From Anolis carolinensis (lineage: Eukaryota), in contig NC_085845.1 in assembly GCF_035594765.1 (NCBI RefSeq), forward strand, positions 174,794,897 through 174,858,896: a stretch of DNA of 64,000 bases, written 5' to 3'. Below the pieces are notes generated by a model. The model made no database searches and was not told the origin of the DNA. It saw only the letters and a list, made by a program, of their open reading frames with translations. Below, piece by piece: positions 38,700 to 51,927 of the stretch; the first letter of the stretch is position 1, and the number at the start of each line of letters is the position of its first letter. A program made the translations under genes and the position numbers.

Positions 38700-40730
38700 A
38701 TGCTTAAACATCTATCAAAGCAACTGAATGTTTTTGAGTTAATGGCAAAAAAGCCAAATATTGATAACCAAGAAGGCAGCAGGTTGAGAACCACTGCAGC
38801 AGCTGGTACTGATGAAGACCCCAGAACATGCACATCTGGATTGCAGGTTTAAACTGAGGAAACTGGAAATTGAGTCTCATCTAATCCAAACTCTGCCAAA
38901 CAAGAGCAAAGTCAAGAAGCTGGTTCATTGTGAAACCTTGGACTTTATATGAACAAGACTATTTTTGATGACCAAGTGAAAGCTCAATTAGTGCAAAATT
39001 CATGAAATCTATTGCCAGAATAAGTGTTTCCTGTGCCTACTCATTTCATGTACAAGGTGCACTCTGTAAGTACTGTGTAGTGTTTGGAGAAGTTGGGGAG
39101 TTAAGGTGATCATCAGAAGCTTGGTTCATTGGTTGCTAAACCATTTTTGTGTAGGAAAGATGCAATAAAAGTCTTCAATGGATACCAAAAAACAGAGTAC
39201 TATCAGAACAACTTGTGCCTGGCTGAAAACGTCTTGCTAATTCCCAGTGGAAAATGCCTTGATGTAACCCATCATCATGATAAAGGAAAGCAGAAGAAAA
39301 CAGGAAAACAGAAAGAAACTTCTGCCAATTCTGGAAACTATTGTCTTTTGTGGCAACAAGCACTGGCTTTGAGAGGGAGAAATGATTCAGGACCTATTAC
39401 CTGTGAAGAACCTTTGCACAATGATGGTAATTTTAGGGTCGAGTTGAGATCTCATGCTGGATCAGGAGACACTGACCTAAAAAGTCATCTCAAAACTGCA
39501 GCTATAAATGTCCAATATACTAGTCTTCAAATACAAAATGAACTAATAAACATTTGTGGTGACAAGACAGTCAAAAATTGTTGAAGGATGCAATGCATCA
39601 CAATGTTTCTCTGTTTTGGCAGATTAAACTCTGGATGTGAATACTGAAATACTTCAGACCAGTTATCTTTCTTGGTAAGGTACAGTGATGTTGAAGGAAT
39701 AAGAGAAGACTTTATAGGCTTTGTGAAGACAGGTGATAGGTGAAGAACTTGCAAGCATTATTTTGAAAACACTAGAAATATTGGGCAGAACTTGCTATAC
39801 TTGTATGGATAGGGTTATGATGAAGCAGCTAATATGAGTGGTCATATTAGTGGAGCACAGGCAACTATATCACAAACATATGCAATGGCTGTCTACATCC
39901 ATTGCAGTGCTCACTCACTAAAGCTAACTTTAGTAAAAACTTGCAGCATTCCACCTGTCTGAAACTGCCAAGGAACAATATCATCTCTGTGCAATTTCTT
40001 CAGAGTATCATCCATCAGACTGGAAGTGTTGCAGAAAAATATACAGCCTCTTGCCACTTTGTGAAACCTATAGGGTTGAGCAACATGATGCAGTTTTACA
40101 TTGTCAAACTACAGCGTGGTGGTGAGAACCCTTGAAGAACTAAAAGGGAGTCCTCTGTAAAATAGTGAGACTTCTTCCCAAGCTGGATACCTTCTTTTTG
40201 TTGTTCTGAATATAGTAACCATATACATCCTAAGAAAGCTTCTGTAATCCTCACATCTGTTCAAGGCGGACTTGTAAAAGCAACATGCAGGCAACTTCAC
40301 CAACACCAATGGAATATTATAGGATAAATGTGTACATCCCATTTCTGGACTTTTTCTGCAGTCAGTTTCAAGAAAGGTTTACAAGACATAGGGAAGTAGT
40401 TTAGGAATTGCAAGTGCTCCTCCCTATTAATAATGGTCATTTAAAATCCAACTTGAATAAGTGCACAGAACTTTACAATGAATGCCTTCAAGATAGAAGA
40501 GTTTGACCTGTAATGTAGAAAATGGAAGAAGATTAAACCTGCAGAAAACCATCAAATCTACTGGAAACATATTTTGTCTGTGATGGATAGTTTTTTCCTA
40601 ATGTGAAGAAACTTCAGATTTCTGCAACATTGCCAATGTCAACAGCTAAAATTAAAGGTCGTTTTCAACTATTAAATGTTTGAAAACATACATAAGAAGC
40701 ATAATGGGGCAAGAAAGACTGACTGGACTT
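38700..40730 (+). mobile_element. Decayed hAT transposase (Tip100/Zaphod, DUF4371-type) in the TST intron
   Basis: Fragments LALRG...NDGNF...YTSLQIQNELINICG, DQLSFLVRY...REDFIGFV, GYDEAANMSG...YIHCSAHSL (CxxH) and a C-terminal dimerisation motif ATLPMSTA...LKTYIRSIMGQERLTGL. Many stops and frameshifts. Confidence 0.88.
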
Positions 40731-40787
40731 TTATCTTGTAAATCGCCTAGAGCATCGTGGATGGAGGGCGATTAATAAGTAATTAAA

Positions 40788-40815
40788 TGATGATGATGAT
40801 GATGATGATGATGAT
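40788..40815. repeat. (GAT)n microsatellite
   Basis: About 9 units. Confidence 0.95.
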
Positions 40816-43800
40816 TCGCTAAAAAAATAAAAAATTGTTTCAACCCCCTCATTTTTTTCTGCCTATAGATATTGAATCTCTGCATTTATGAGAATAGTTT
40901 TCACATAAATTGCATAGTGAAACTACAATAGTTTATGCCTTATGGCATGGACTTTGAAAAATGGGAAGCAAAAATAATAAGTAGTTGTTTGTGTCCTGTT
41001 CTTGCTCTCTGTAGGTAGACAAGCATTGCTTCATTCAAGTAAAAGAGGGTTTTTCTCATTCTTTTTGGTGGAGGTGAAAATGTTATGTGGGTTAAGAAAT
41101 CTTTGATATGTTGTCTTTATAGTTCAGGAAAGAATCTTATTAAGGAAGAGACTTCATAATGATCACACACTAGCCGTGTAACTATACCCAAATTACAACT
41201 GTTCAGACTGGCTACAACTCTATAGAAGGCCTAGTGGACATCATAGTTCTTCAAGAACTGGGGTGCCAAAGATTTATCATCTTTGTTGTAAGAGCTCAGT
41301 TCTAGGCACACCTATTACAAGTTCCTATATGTTTGCTTAGGTCAATCATTTCTAAATAAACATATTTTGGAATTGGTGTCTTGGTTCCAACACAAAATTA
41401 ACTGGTATTAAAAAAGATTCCCCCCTGCCTAGAAAAAGAACCCCAGTCGTTCATAGCTCTTTACAAAGCCTCTACTGGATCCCACGGTATTAAGGTTGTA
41501 AAGAGTATTCAAAAATAGTTTCAAAATAGTTGAAAAGTACATTTTTAGGGAAGGAGGGCACTAAGAAACCATCACAAGAAGAATCAGGGACAGACAGAAT
41601 CTTTGCAGTTTGGGATCTATTATGTGCAATATTCACGCAAGGTTGTTTTACATTGGAAACATTTTCTGCCCAGGAATAACAAATGTATAATAATACAGTA
41701 TGACCCCCATATCTACGGGACCAGGACCTGCAGTTTCATTTATGCACTCTAGGTATTATCTATGTCCTCCAGCATGACTTGAGGGTATTCTTGGACTGGA
41801 GGCCCTTCATTTCAATGCTGTTCACTATTATGTCTTGGTTTGTGTTTTCACATGTAGTCCAAAAACATATCCCCTTCGGATATAAGGGCAGTACTGCATA
41901 CATACACATATATATTTATCACATGCAACATACAGATGTATAATTCTCCTGTAATTTTGGTCATATATGGGGCAACTGCATACACACCTTTACAAAATAT
42001 CAAAATACTCATATTTGCACAGATGTTATATTCCCTGGAACTAGTCATTGTCCAGTTTACATGTTTTACTCATGCAGTGTGCTGTCCCTTCACCAAAGCT
42101 GTTGAAACAATCAATGTATCTGCAAAAACTAGAAAAACAGCTTTGACAAATGCTTAGATAAGTACTTTTCTGAGAAATAGTGTGTAATAGTTGGTTTATG
42201 GCTGTAGTTCTGAGTAAGTAGAGTGAGTTCTTCTAACCTTCCATGCAGTCATACTCCACACCCTGAAATACCTGGAAAAAGAACAAAACTGAACAAACAC
42301 AATATACACTTGATCTACAGAACTAGATTAGCTGATTACCATCAGCTTCTTTGGGTGACTTTATATATTACGTTTATCTATAGGACTTCATTTTAGTTAA
42401 TCTCTTTATAGCCTGGACTTTTAAGGTAGGTGGAATATGGTCATATTAACCTTCAGTGCACACATATAAAATTAAAATACCTGTTACAGACGTTTAGACC
42501 TTTCACACTATTGATTTGTTAGCCTTTGATCTTGACTACAATGTATAAAGTTGCTGACTTTTCCTATAACATTATTTTCCACACTTTGTGGGTGTAAATG
42601 TACTCTTGGGAATTTTTTACTTGATGAGGATAGTTGATCCCAGATGTATTTTGCCCTCAAGCCAGCTCCAGAAATAGGAATTGTATGTCTATTACTGCCA
42701 ATATACGTTTAATAAATAAGCCTAATGCAGCCTTGGACTCACACAGACCAAGGGCAAGATGACTTCATTTTATCAGATATTGATAAACTAGTACTCTTAT
42801 TAAAACTCACAATTGGATCCAAAGTCACATAGTAAATTACATAAGAAAGCAGAGATATGAACTTGGCTCTCCTGGTCCCAAGCCCAGCACCATGAACACA
42901 GCTCTAGAGTCTATATTGATCCTCTTAAATCAGTTGTAATGATGAAAAAAGGTATGGAAAGTGGAATATAGTGGAAGAAAAATGCAATAAATAGCATGAA
43001 TAATTTGCATACATGGAATGCAAGTACTGTAATTGCAATTTGCATAATTAGAATAATTCTGCAAAATGTACAAATAAGGTAACTGGATTTTGAGAAGTGG
43101 AAAATGGCAATATTACCTGTAACCAGCCCCAGGCAACATTCTGGCTGTAGCTCTGTCCCAGATGAAATTTTGAACAGTCTACAAAGGAAGTCCCATCTAA
43201 GGTGCCATACAAGAATTAAAACTCTTTTGAAACTACTTCTAGTTCTAAATTCTCCTGTATTGTATCATTTATGTAGGCCCTGATCAAAATCTCTTTTTTT
43301 TGTTTCAGTTGAACCACTAAAAGAGTGTGGAATAAATGCTGTTATAAATCAAGTCAATAATGTCTGATTCTCTCCTTTTGCTCAACCTTCCAGATGCCGC
43401 GCCTCCTTTTATAATCTTACTGAGCGCATCCATTGCCCAGGAGAATTGATGGCCACCAGTCTTGCTCAGTCTGGGTGCTTTCTGATCAGTCAGGCATTGG
43501 ATATTGGCCCCCAAATCTTGCCCTCACAATGTCACTGGCAACCACTTTATTAAAATATTATCCCTATGACAGATTCATCTCCTCATATGAATCATTTCTT
43601 CTTTTGTTCAAAATAAATCCTTTAAAACTTGCTAGTTAGTGCTCCACATTGTGATTCAGAGATGCATTATGGCATGGCATTGTGGCATGCCTTCACAAAA
43701 ATAGCATCACTATGTGAGGCTGAAAACAACAGTGGCATAGTTGGCTCCCCCTCCAGTACCCATGTATGAGTAAGAAAAGCAGCAATCTCTTTGGAAAATT

Positions 43801-45349
43801 GTTTGGGAAATGTGCCACAGTTGTCTCCCACTATTCCAGATGGACATTTTTCGACTCATTTGTTTCTTGATTAGCTTCCTCTGTGCTCCTCAGGAATTGG
43901 CTGAAGAGCTCTTGACTTCCCCTGGATAACATTACAGGTCTAAAAATACTGAACTGAAAATAATTGTTTACTTTGTTCTGCCCATCTGACTGAAACATTT
44001 TACGTTGACTAGTAAACAAATCCTCAGGGGTTGACTTGCCTCAATCATATTTCCCAACTCTTGAGACCTAAATCTAGTCAATTGTGACAAGAACAATAAA
44101 CCCACTGAATCAATGGAATTGGCAAAAAAAAAACAAAAAACCTTGACATCATTTAGTCATGAGTCTATCCTACAAATCTGAGAGTGACAATTAGATTTCG
44201 GCCTAAGACTGAAAAGGGCATTGTTGCGACTCCCTCTGAAGCAACGGCCAATAGATATGTTGGCTGCCATCTAATGTGTGGGAGTTCCCATTTACCTATC
44301 TTTTTATGTAAATATTTTATAGTGTCTACATAAAACAGAGATGATAATCATATAGCCTTCCAGATATTGTGGAATGCAACTCCTAGCAAATGTGCTATGC
44401 TATCTAGAATAGCTAGTATTCGCAGTCCAATATTTGGAGGCCATCATGATTGCTGTCCCTAATGTTAACTATCCCACTTTGCAGGGGAAAGCAAGATATA
44501 AATTGAATGATTGATTGATTAATACGTTTGATCTGTGACCCTTAATATGTACTTGGACTTCAACTCTCATCACTCTAACCACTAGCAGAAGCTGATAGGA
44601 TTTGAGTCCAACAGGTACACCTTATGTATAGATATGTTAGAAAAAGATACATTTCACTAACACGTATTAGGAAACATAGTAAGAAGAACATTGTTGCCAT
44701 CTATTCCAGATTGTGGGATTTTCATAATAATTTTACATCGATTTTTGGAATAGGATGTTGGATTAGATAGGCCAGGGTGAGGAAGGTGTGAGCTATCGGG
44801 CATATGTCACCTGACCCCATATTTACAGGGGTCCGGAAATACCCTAAACTCCCTGAAAGTGTTTAAAAATATTTTTATCCTTCAAACCACCCCAGATTTT
44901 TCAAAACTATTCTAAAATGAAGCAATTAAGTTTCCCCTATCTTACTACCACCCCCAATCCCTCAAAAATAGGCAAAGGCTGAACCAGAAGAAATGTCACA
45001 TTACTTTTAGTCACACAAAAACATGCTGATCCAGCCCACCAGAATGGTGGGATGAAAAAGGGCTCCTTGCTCAACAGATTTGCTCACTCCAAAATAGGAT
45101 TGTAATATTAGCTAACACAGCCTTAAGAAATCTTACTGAGATGATCTACTCTTTCCTGGTGATGTTACTGCTGATCTAGGCTACCAGAAGAGAATAACTG
45201 AAAAACTAAGCAAAATTCTTCACATCTTTCTTTTTTTTCAAATAGAAAAATCCATTTCTGATCAAGGACATGCTGACTGATTTGTATAACTGCTATAGCA
45301 ACATGGAATATCACTGAAAAAATTCCTCTGTGTATTTTCCTTCTTCTAG

Positions 45350-45648
45350 GACTTGAACCAGGCCATATCCCAGGCTGTCTGAATATGCCTTTTTTCAATT
45401 TCATGACTAAGGAAGGATTTGAGAAGAGCCCAGAAGAAATCCAAAGCATATTTGAGGAAAAGAAAGTGGATCTCTCAAAGCCATTGATCGCTACATGCCG
45501 TAAGGGGGTCACAGCATGCCATATTGCCCTTGCGGCGTACCTCTGTGGCAAACCAGATGTGGCTGTCTATGATGGATCGTGGTCAGAATGGTTCCGCCGG
45601 GCCCCACCGGAACTAAGAATTTCAGAATGGAATCGTAAGAAGGGTTAA
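45350..45648 (+). CDS. TST: Thiosulfate sulfurtransferase, coding exon 2
   Basis: ttctag|GACTTGAACCAGGCCATATC, 299 nt to TAA; rhodanese active-site loop CRKGVT; total 297 aa. Confidence 0.97.
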
Positions 45649-45822
45649 GCAAGGATTGTTCATCTACTATGTGGCCTTCCATCCTTCAAGCTGTGAAATT
45701 TCTTAATCATTTCTAATAAGATCTGACTAAAAGTGCAAGAATATGTGAAACTCTTAGTTGTTTATAATTTTCTATTTTCTAATCCATTATTGTTACTTTA
45801 AATTATCATAATGAGGTAAATG

Positions 45823-45828
45823 AATAAA
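45823..45828 (+). terminator. Candidate TST polyadenylation signal
   Basis: First AATAAA after the stop (175 nt downstream), followed by T-rich sequence. Confidence 0.6.
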
Positions 45829-47162
45829 CAGAATATCAAATCGAGAAGACTTTTCTTTCTCTATTTTTTATTATTGGATATTGGTGAAGTCCCCATTATT
45901 GTCTCTATTCTCATTGATGGCATGTATCTTGCCGTTCCATTGCTTAAATCAAGGATGGGGTACTTGTGGTTCTCCACCTGTTTTTGGACTACAGCTTCCA
46001 TTAGCCCTAGCCAGCATAGACAGATAAATTATAGCTGAAAGTTTTCTGGAATACCACAAGTAATTTACATCAGGCAGAGCATAACGTCCAATATGTTTTA
46101 TAATCCACATAATGAAAAGCAAATTTTTACAATGTGAATTTTCATATATACAGAGCAACAGAAGAAAATCAGTTAGGGAAATCACATCCCAAATAAGCCA
46201 GGCCTCTTGGAAAACAATTTCACATGATGTCAAAATATCATGAAGCAGAAGATCACAGGTGCAAACTGTAGAATAAATACAGTAGTTTGATACTGCCACA
46301 GCTCAATAATATGGATTTTTCCCCAGTGTGCCATTATCACATTTGTGCCCGCTTGCTACAATGGTTTCTCTTGTGGAAGATTAGTGAAGAGCAGCAGCCA
46401 ACAGCATGTGGACCAGCACTGATCCACACACCAGCAATTTGAGTAGCACTGACCTAGGAGACCCCTAAACTGATCCTCTACTTGTGCTTCTTTGTGTTTT
46501 TAATATAGTCCAGGGGAGAGCAAGGATGACTGAGTCCAGGCAGTAGTGCTGTGAGTAGATGTATTCCTTTTCTCTTCATGTTGGTTTCAGTTTCAAAAAT
46601 CATGATTTCTCTTAAAGCCACTTTATTAATGAGGAGAAAATGGAGAAGGGAGACTCCACCCACCCTGTAGGCTTAATGGTTGCTTTGCGGATCTTGACTG
46701 AAGAAATATATTGCAAATAAAAGAATCCCCCCCTTCCCCATCAGCATGGTAATAATCTGATCCAGTATGAGATTCAGTCACATAAACTGGATCAATCCTG
46801 CCATACAACGTAGTTTGAGAATGCAAATTAAATGCATTGAACTGGATTATATGAGTCTGCACTGCCATATAATCCAGTTTAATACAGTTAGCCTGCATTC
46901 TCAGACTACAATATATGGCAATGTAGATCCAGCCATAGATTATCTGTGTTGAGAAGTTAGTCAAAGTGTACAAGAAGGAGCCAAAATAGGTTTGAAGCTG
47001 TAGTGAATTTAGAAAGAATTTGGTTTAGTTGTAAGTTCTTTCCTTGGTAATATTTTAATTATGTTTGTGTAAAAATCCTTTAGGAAATCACAATGTTGCT
47101 ATAAGTTAACATGTGACTTTTAGGTACATATAGCTGGATCCTTGGTGTCTGGTTTCAAGGTA

Positions 47163-47485
47163 CAGTAGAGTCTCACTTATCCAACATAAACGGGCCGGAA
47201 GAATGTTGGATAAGCAAATATGTTGGATAATAAGGAGGCATTAAGGAAAAGCCTATTAAACATCAAATTAGGTTATGATTTTACAAATGAAGCACCAAAA
47301 CATCATGTTAGACAACAAATTTGGCAGAAAAAGTAGTTCAATACGCAGTAATGCTATGTAGTAATTATTGTATTTATGAATTTAGCACCAAAATATCACG
47401 ATATATTGAAAACATTGACTACAAAAATGCGTTGGATAATCCAGAACGTTGGATAAGCGAGTGTTGGATAAGTGAGACTCTACTG
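47163..47485. mobile_element. Tc1/mariner-type MITE, young
   Basis: TIRs cagtagagtctcacttatccaac...gttggataagtgagactctactg; TA on the left, AA on the right. Partial copy at 59702-59795. Confidence 0.88.
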
Positions 47486-48095
47486 AACCAAAATCTGCAG
47501 ATGCTTATGTCTCACTGTATACAATTGCATAGTAAAACAGAATCCCTTATATAAAATGACAAACAACTCAAATGGGTTCTGGAAAGATCTTGAGAAGCTG
47601 TGAAAGCAAAGGAGAGTACAACAAGGTTATCTTGAAATTATCAGTATAGTACTCTGTATGTGGCAGAATCATGGTTCACTTTTTGGAATTTTTTTTCTGA
47701 ATTTGAGCTAAAGATGGTCAAATATGCGGATTCAGAACCCATGAATATAGAGCACTGGATTTACAGCCGTACAACTATATTTCAGCATTTCTCACTGAAC
47801 TGTTTTATGGTACATTTGTGTGTGAAAGGTGGCATACAAAATATCATTGCATAATCAACCCATCTTTTATGAAAAGAGCATGGAGTAAGAACTTCTATTA
47901 AGCTAGAGAAAAAGGTTTTCAGTCTATGTTTACTTGGGGTCCCATGACAACAACAGCTCACAAATGGGAATGGACATTCCTTAGCAACAGTCCTTGGTAA
48001 CTGTCCAATGATAGTTCCACCTCATTGTCCATATTTCCAGGCTTGGCAAGGACCTGCTTGATTCACAAGAAGGGTTTGGCACCTCAGTTGAGACC

Positions 48096-48104
48096 ATGGA
48101 AGAG
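48096..48104 (+). CDS. TEX33: Candidate TEX33 start (MEE) within exon 48041-48104
   Basis: Acceptor tttccag| at 48040, Kozak accATGG, donor GAG|gtgaga. Phase 0 matches the exon at 50195. Confidence 0.45.
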
Positions 48105-48208
48105 GTGAGACATATTTTTGGGAGGAAAACATAATTTCTGATCACCTCAGAGATAAATCTATATATATACCCCCACCCTGGACAGGCAGTCATACACAGA
48201 CAAAGGCC

Positions 48209-48838
48209 TTGAGGCCCTCCCTATGTGACCTAAACAATGGGTCTTGGTTTTCAGCCACAAGTCAATGCAGTGAGCCTTGCTGCTCCCTTGCTGCCAGTCC
48301 AGGCCACATGTGGCAGGCATGTGAGGTCCTCCTTGGCCACCTCTGGCAACTAATTTGGAGTCACACCTTATTGGCACCCTTGGGAAATGTCTGGCATGTC
48401 TATAGCTCATTTCTGGTCATACTGGTGCTCATCCCAGCCAAGGGTTTTTTGAAACTGGCCAGCCAATATCTATACCAGCCTAAAGGGACTAGTGACTTCG
48501 TACAAGACCCAAAAGAACTTGAGGGGTTTGATCTCCCATATCAGTGCCTACAGGGGTCAAAAATGAATACTCCCTTATACCAACGCAGAGACCAACCTGA
48601 GGAGATTAGCCCTGTGCTACGATTCTTACAGCACCCAGAAGAGTTTACTGACTTTTACCAAGAACTACCACAGTTTGAGGCAACAACTGATACCTTAAAG
48701 TACCCATCAAAGAAACTTAGTCCTGTGCTCCAGTACCTACAAGAGCTTGAGGAAATTGGTAGTAACCTACTCCAATGGGAGAGCTGTCTCAAGTCTTCCT
48801 GCCCAAGAAGTTCCAGCCAAATGAAGAATGTGACTCAG
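48209..48838 (+). CDS. Candidate large alternative 5' coding exon of TEX33, no recognised homology
   Basis: Frame is stop-free over 48092-48904; donor CAG|gtgaaa after 48838 is phase 0 and compatible with the exon at 50195. Confidence 0.4.
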
Positions 48839-50194
48839 GTGAAAATACATGAGATCGTGGTAGCAATTATCAAAGCTCATGTGTGCAGCTTTACACGATT
48901 CTTATAGGAAAGAATGATACTATTCTTCTTTTAGGTAACGATTTGGAGAGGGGGAAGCATCAACACAAAAACCTCTCAGTGTTTCAATTTCATTGCATGC
49001 CTCTGAATTGTATTGGGTTGTGAGACTTTTCCTTCTCCCAGGGAAATCTGTCTACAATTTGGTAGACACTGTTTGGGAAGTCATGTTTTTTGTGCACACT
49101 TTTCCTCTTGCATAGAAACATGCTCATGCCTTTTTTCCCAAACATATCCAACTTGAGTTGTGCTCATTTATTGGCATATAACCCAGATTTGAGTGGGTAA
49201 AATATCTGTACTCAGTGGTTACTTCCCAACACTAGGACCCTGAAAGAAGTGGGTCAAGCTTTCATCAATGGTCTTAAAAACCATGTACTGGATAATTGTT
49301 TCATAAAATAGTAAAATAAAAGTTATCTTTTCCATTTATAAATGCAAATACCTGTGTTTATACCAAAGACAATTAATCTGAACCTATTGTATATATTCAA
49401 ATATAAGTCACCTCATGTATAAGCCAAAGGAGAGTTTGAGGACCAAGATTAAGGGTTTTGATCTGACCCATAGATAAGCCGAGGACTGTACCATGGAGAA
49501 GGGGAAAGGCCAGAATTGCCTTGTTGAACAACTTCCCCTGGCCACTGCCATCATCCTTTTACAATCTGGGCATTCAAAAATCCCTTTTGCCCCTTTATTT
49601 AAAAAACGGGATAGTTACTTTTTTTTTTATAAAATTCAAGCTACAGTATTAACTCTTATTTTAAAAGGGTCCCAAATGTTGTTTTTAAATAGAGCGACCA
49701 AAGGAATGAGCTTGGTTCATCCTGAGATAATTTAAAAGAAGTATCAATCCACTCTTTCATAGTTCCATTTAAAATCTGCTGCTAGTGGCATTTTCTTGCC
49801 CAGACATTCAAAAAGGCCAGAAGAGGTGCTGCAGCAGAGAGAATAGTCTCTCTCAGGACTGATTAAACTCTTGCCTTTTGCCATTCTGTTCAGAGAAGGT
49901 AGTGGTTCCTTTTTGATAAGAGTCAAGATAGAGTAGATTACATTGATCTGTGGATGAATCAAATCAGGTATATAAAATTACCTTCAGACTGTGTGTAAGG
50001 TGTATATAAAAAATAAATGAATTTAATGTTTATTACCCTGCTTCATATTTCCCAGTTCAAGACCTTCTGATATGTAATTAGGTTGATGATATACTATAGT
50101 AAGGAAGAGAACGGCCTGTGAGCTGCATGTTCTGTTTCTTATTACAGACCATTATAAATCGAAATAGCCCATACTTTCTTTTTCTTTACAATAG

Positions 50195-50267
50195 GTGCCC
50201 ATGGACACGGCCTTCCCAACTCCTGCCGCCACATATCATGAAATCACAATGGCCGATGGTCCAGCAG
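50195..50267 (+). CDS. TEX33: TEX33/CIMIP4 small 5' coding exon
   Basis: Pyrimidine tract, tag|GTGCCCATGGAC...CCAGCAG|gtagg, 73 nt. Phase 1 out matches the next exon. Confidence 0.7.
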
Positions 50268-50688
50268 GTAGGTGATGTGACAAGAGAAAATCTGTGACAG
50301 TCTTCATTGTGAGGGATCACACATCCTCATATTCAGTAAATTTACCCTGTACATGCTGACCACCACCCCCAACATCCAGAATTCCAAATTCAAAAATACT
50401 CCAAAATCAAAAATTGCCCATATGGTGGTTGAAATACTGATCTCTTTGCTTTCCAGTGGTTCAATGTACATAAACTTTGTCTCATGCACAAACTTATTAA
50501 AATATTGTGCATGAAATTGCCTTCAATTATATATATAAAGAGTATGTGAAATATAAATGAATGTCCTACTTACCTTGCCTCATATTTCCCAGTTCAAGGC
50601 CCCATGATATGTGTGTGACTGGTTGCAGGTTTGTATGAAAAGAAATAAATATTCTTGTCATGAAAACAAATAAATATCCAGACAAAAT

Positions 50689-50692
<4 letters not shown>

Positions 50693-50763
<71 letters not shown>
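50693..50763. repeat. Compound (CT)n(AT)n microsatellite
   Basis: Seen directly. Confidence 0.97.
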
Positions 50764-50766
<3 letters not shown>

Positions 50767-51313
50767 AATTAATAGATGGACTGATACTTTGTGGCTGAGA
50801 TCCTGCACTGGAAGATAGTTAAAAAGATATATTTATTTGTTTATAGATCCAAGAGTACAGTCTCGAAGAGACAGCTAAAATGCCCACTGTAAATTAACAG
50901 CTGCTTTAATATTAGTTAATATTTGATCATCAAATACACTGCTGGTTAATATGCTGGAAGTGGCTCAACAACTTGGTGGTTCAGTGTTTTGCCAGTTTTT
51001 CCCAGATCTTCCTTAGGAAAGACGACACCCCAAACTTGCCAAACACCCCAAATCCATGGCCCTGTAGGAGGGGAAAGGGAAGATGTTCTGCTCAGGAATA
51101 ACTTTATGATGTATCTTCAAATGCAGGATCTCAGCCACCAAGTATTAGTTGGAAAAGAAAGCAGAAAGCTGAGATGAGGGAAACAGAATGGAACAGCAGT
51201 TGAGAGGAAACCTATCTGGGACTCTGGGCAGAAGTATTCCTCTTAAGATATAAGAACACTTCAGTAATTATGTTGTCAGCCCCAATTTCCATACATTACT
51301 TTCTGTTTTCCAG

Positions 51314-51927
51314 AAATGCCTGGATATGGAAACGAGCAGGTCACATCCAACAACAAAAGACCCCTTACCAGGAGCTCCAGTAGGACCTCCCAGAAGATCT
51401 CCAGCAACCTAGCAGAAGACATAACTGTTATGGGTAGACCCCCAGCAATGCCACAGGCATCCCCTTCTGCACAGAATTTCCAGACAGGAAACCTCAAACA
51501 GAATCTGAGGCCCAGATCCCCTTCCTCCTTATGCATTCACAGTGGATCCCCTGGGATGAAGGATAGCCCAGACAGCACAACTCCCAGGGGAGGAGGAAAT
51601 CATCATAGTGGGAGACTCACAAATGCCAGACAGGCTGCCAATTGTACCCAAGAGGACATGGAAGAGTCCTTTTGTGAAACTGGCAGGCAGCATCGATCTC
51701 TTGGGACCCCATTACTTGGATCCTCCCGAAAAGTCCTAAAAGGCAGCTGTGAAGAAATGAAAGAATCTGGAAACATGTTGAGTGCCAAAGAATCCCTGAC
51801 CTCAAGTAGACAAGATGTGAAAGCAGAAGGAAAGCCCCTTTTGGAGCAGAAGAACAATCTAATACCTGCCAATATCAAAGCCAAGTATGGCACAACTGGT
51901 GTGGAGAAACTGGTTTCTGAGGAGCAG
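51314..51927 (+). CDS. TEX33: TEX33/CIMIP4 large exon
   Basis: ttccag|AAATGCC...GAGCAG|gtaag, 614 nt. Ends NLIPANIKAKYG...LVSEEQ, like mammalian IIPNNIRHKFG...LVSEEQ. Confidence 0.88.

Noticed and set aside
38359-38796. Composite transposon from the MITE left TIR to the orphan right TIR
   Set aside because: The flanking 8-mers differ (ctctaacc vs cagcagct), and the MITE has its own TSD.
39129-39584. Domesticated ZMYM1/THAP12-like host gene
   Set aside because: Surrounding transposase sequence has many stops and frameshifts and no splice structure that rescues it.
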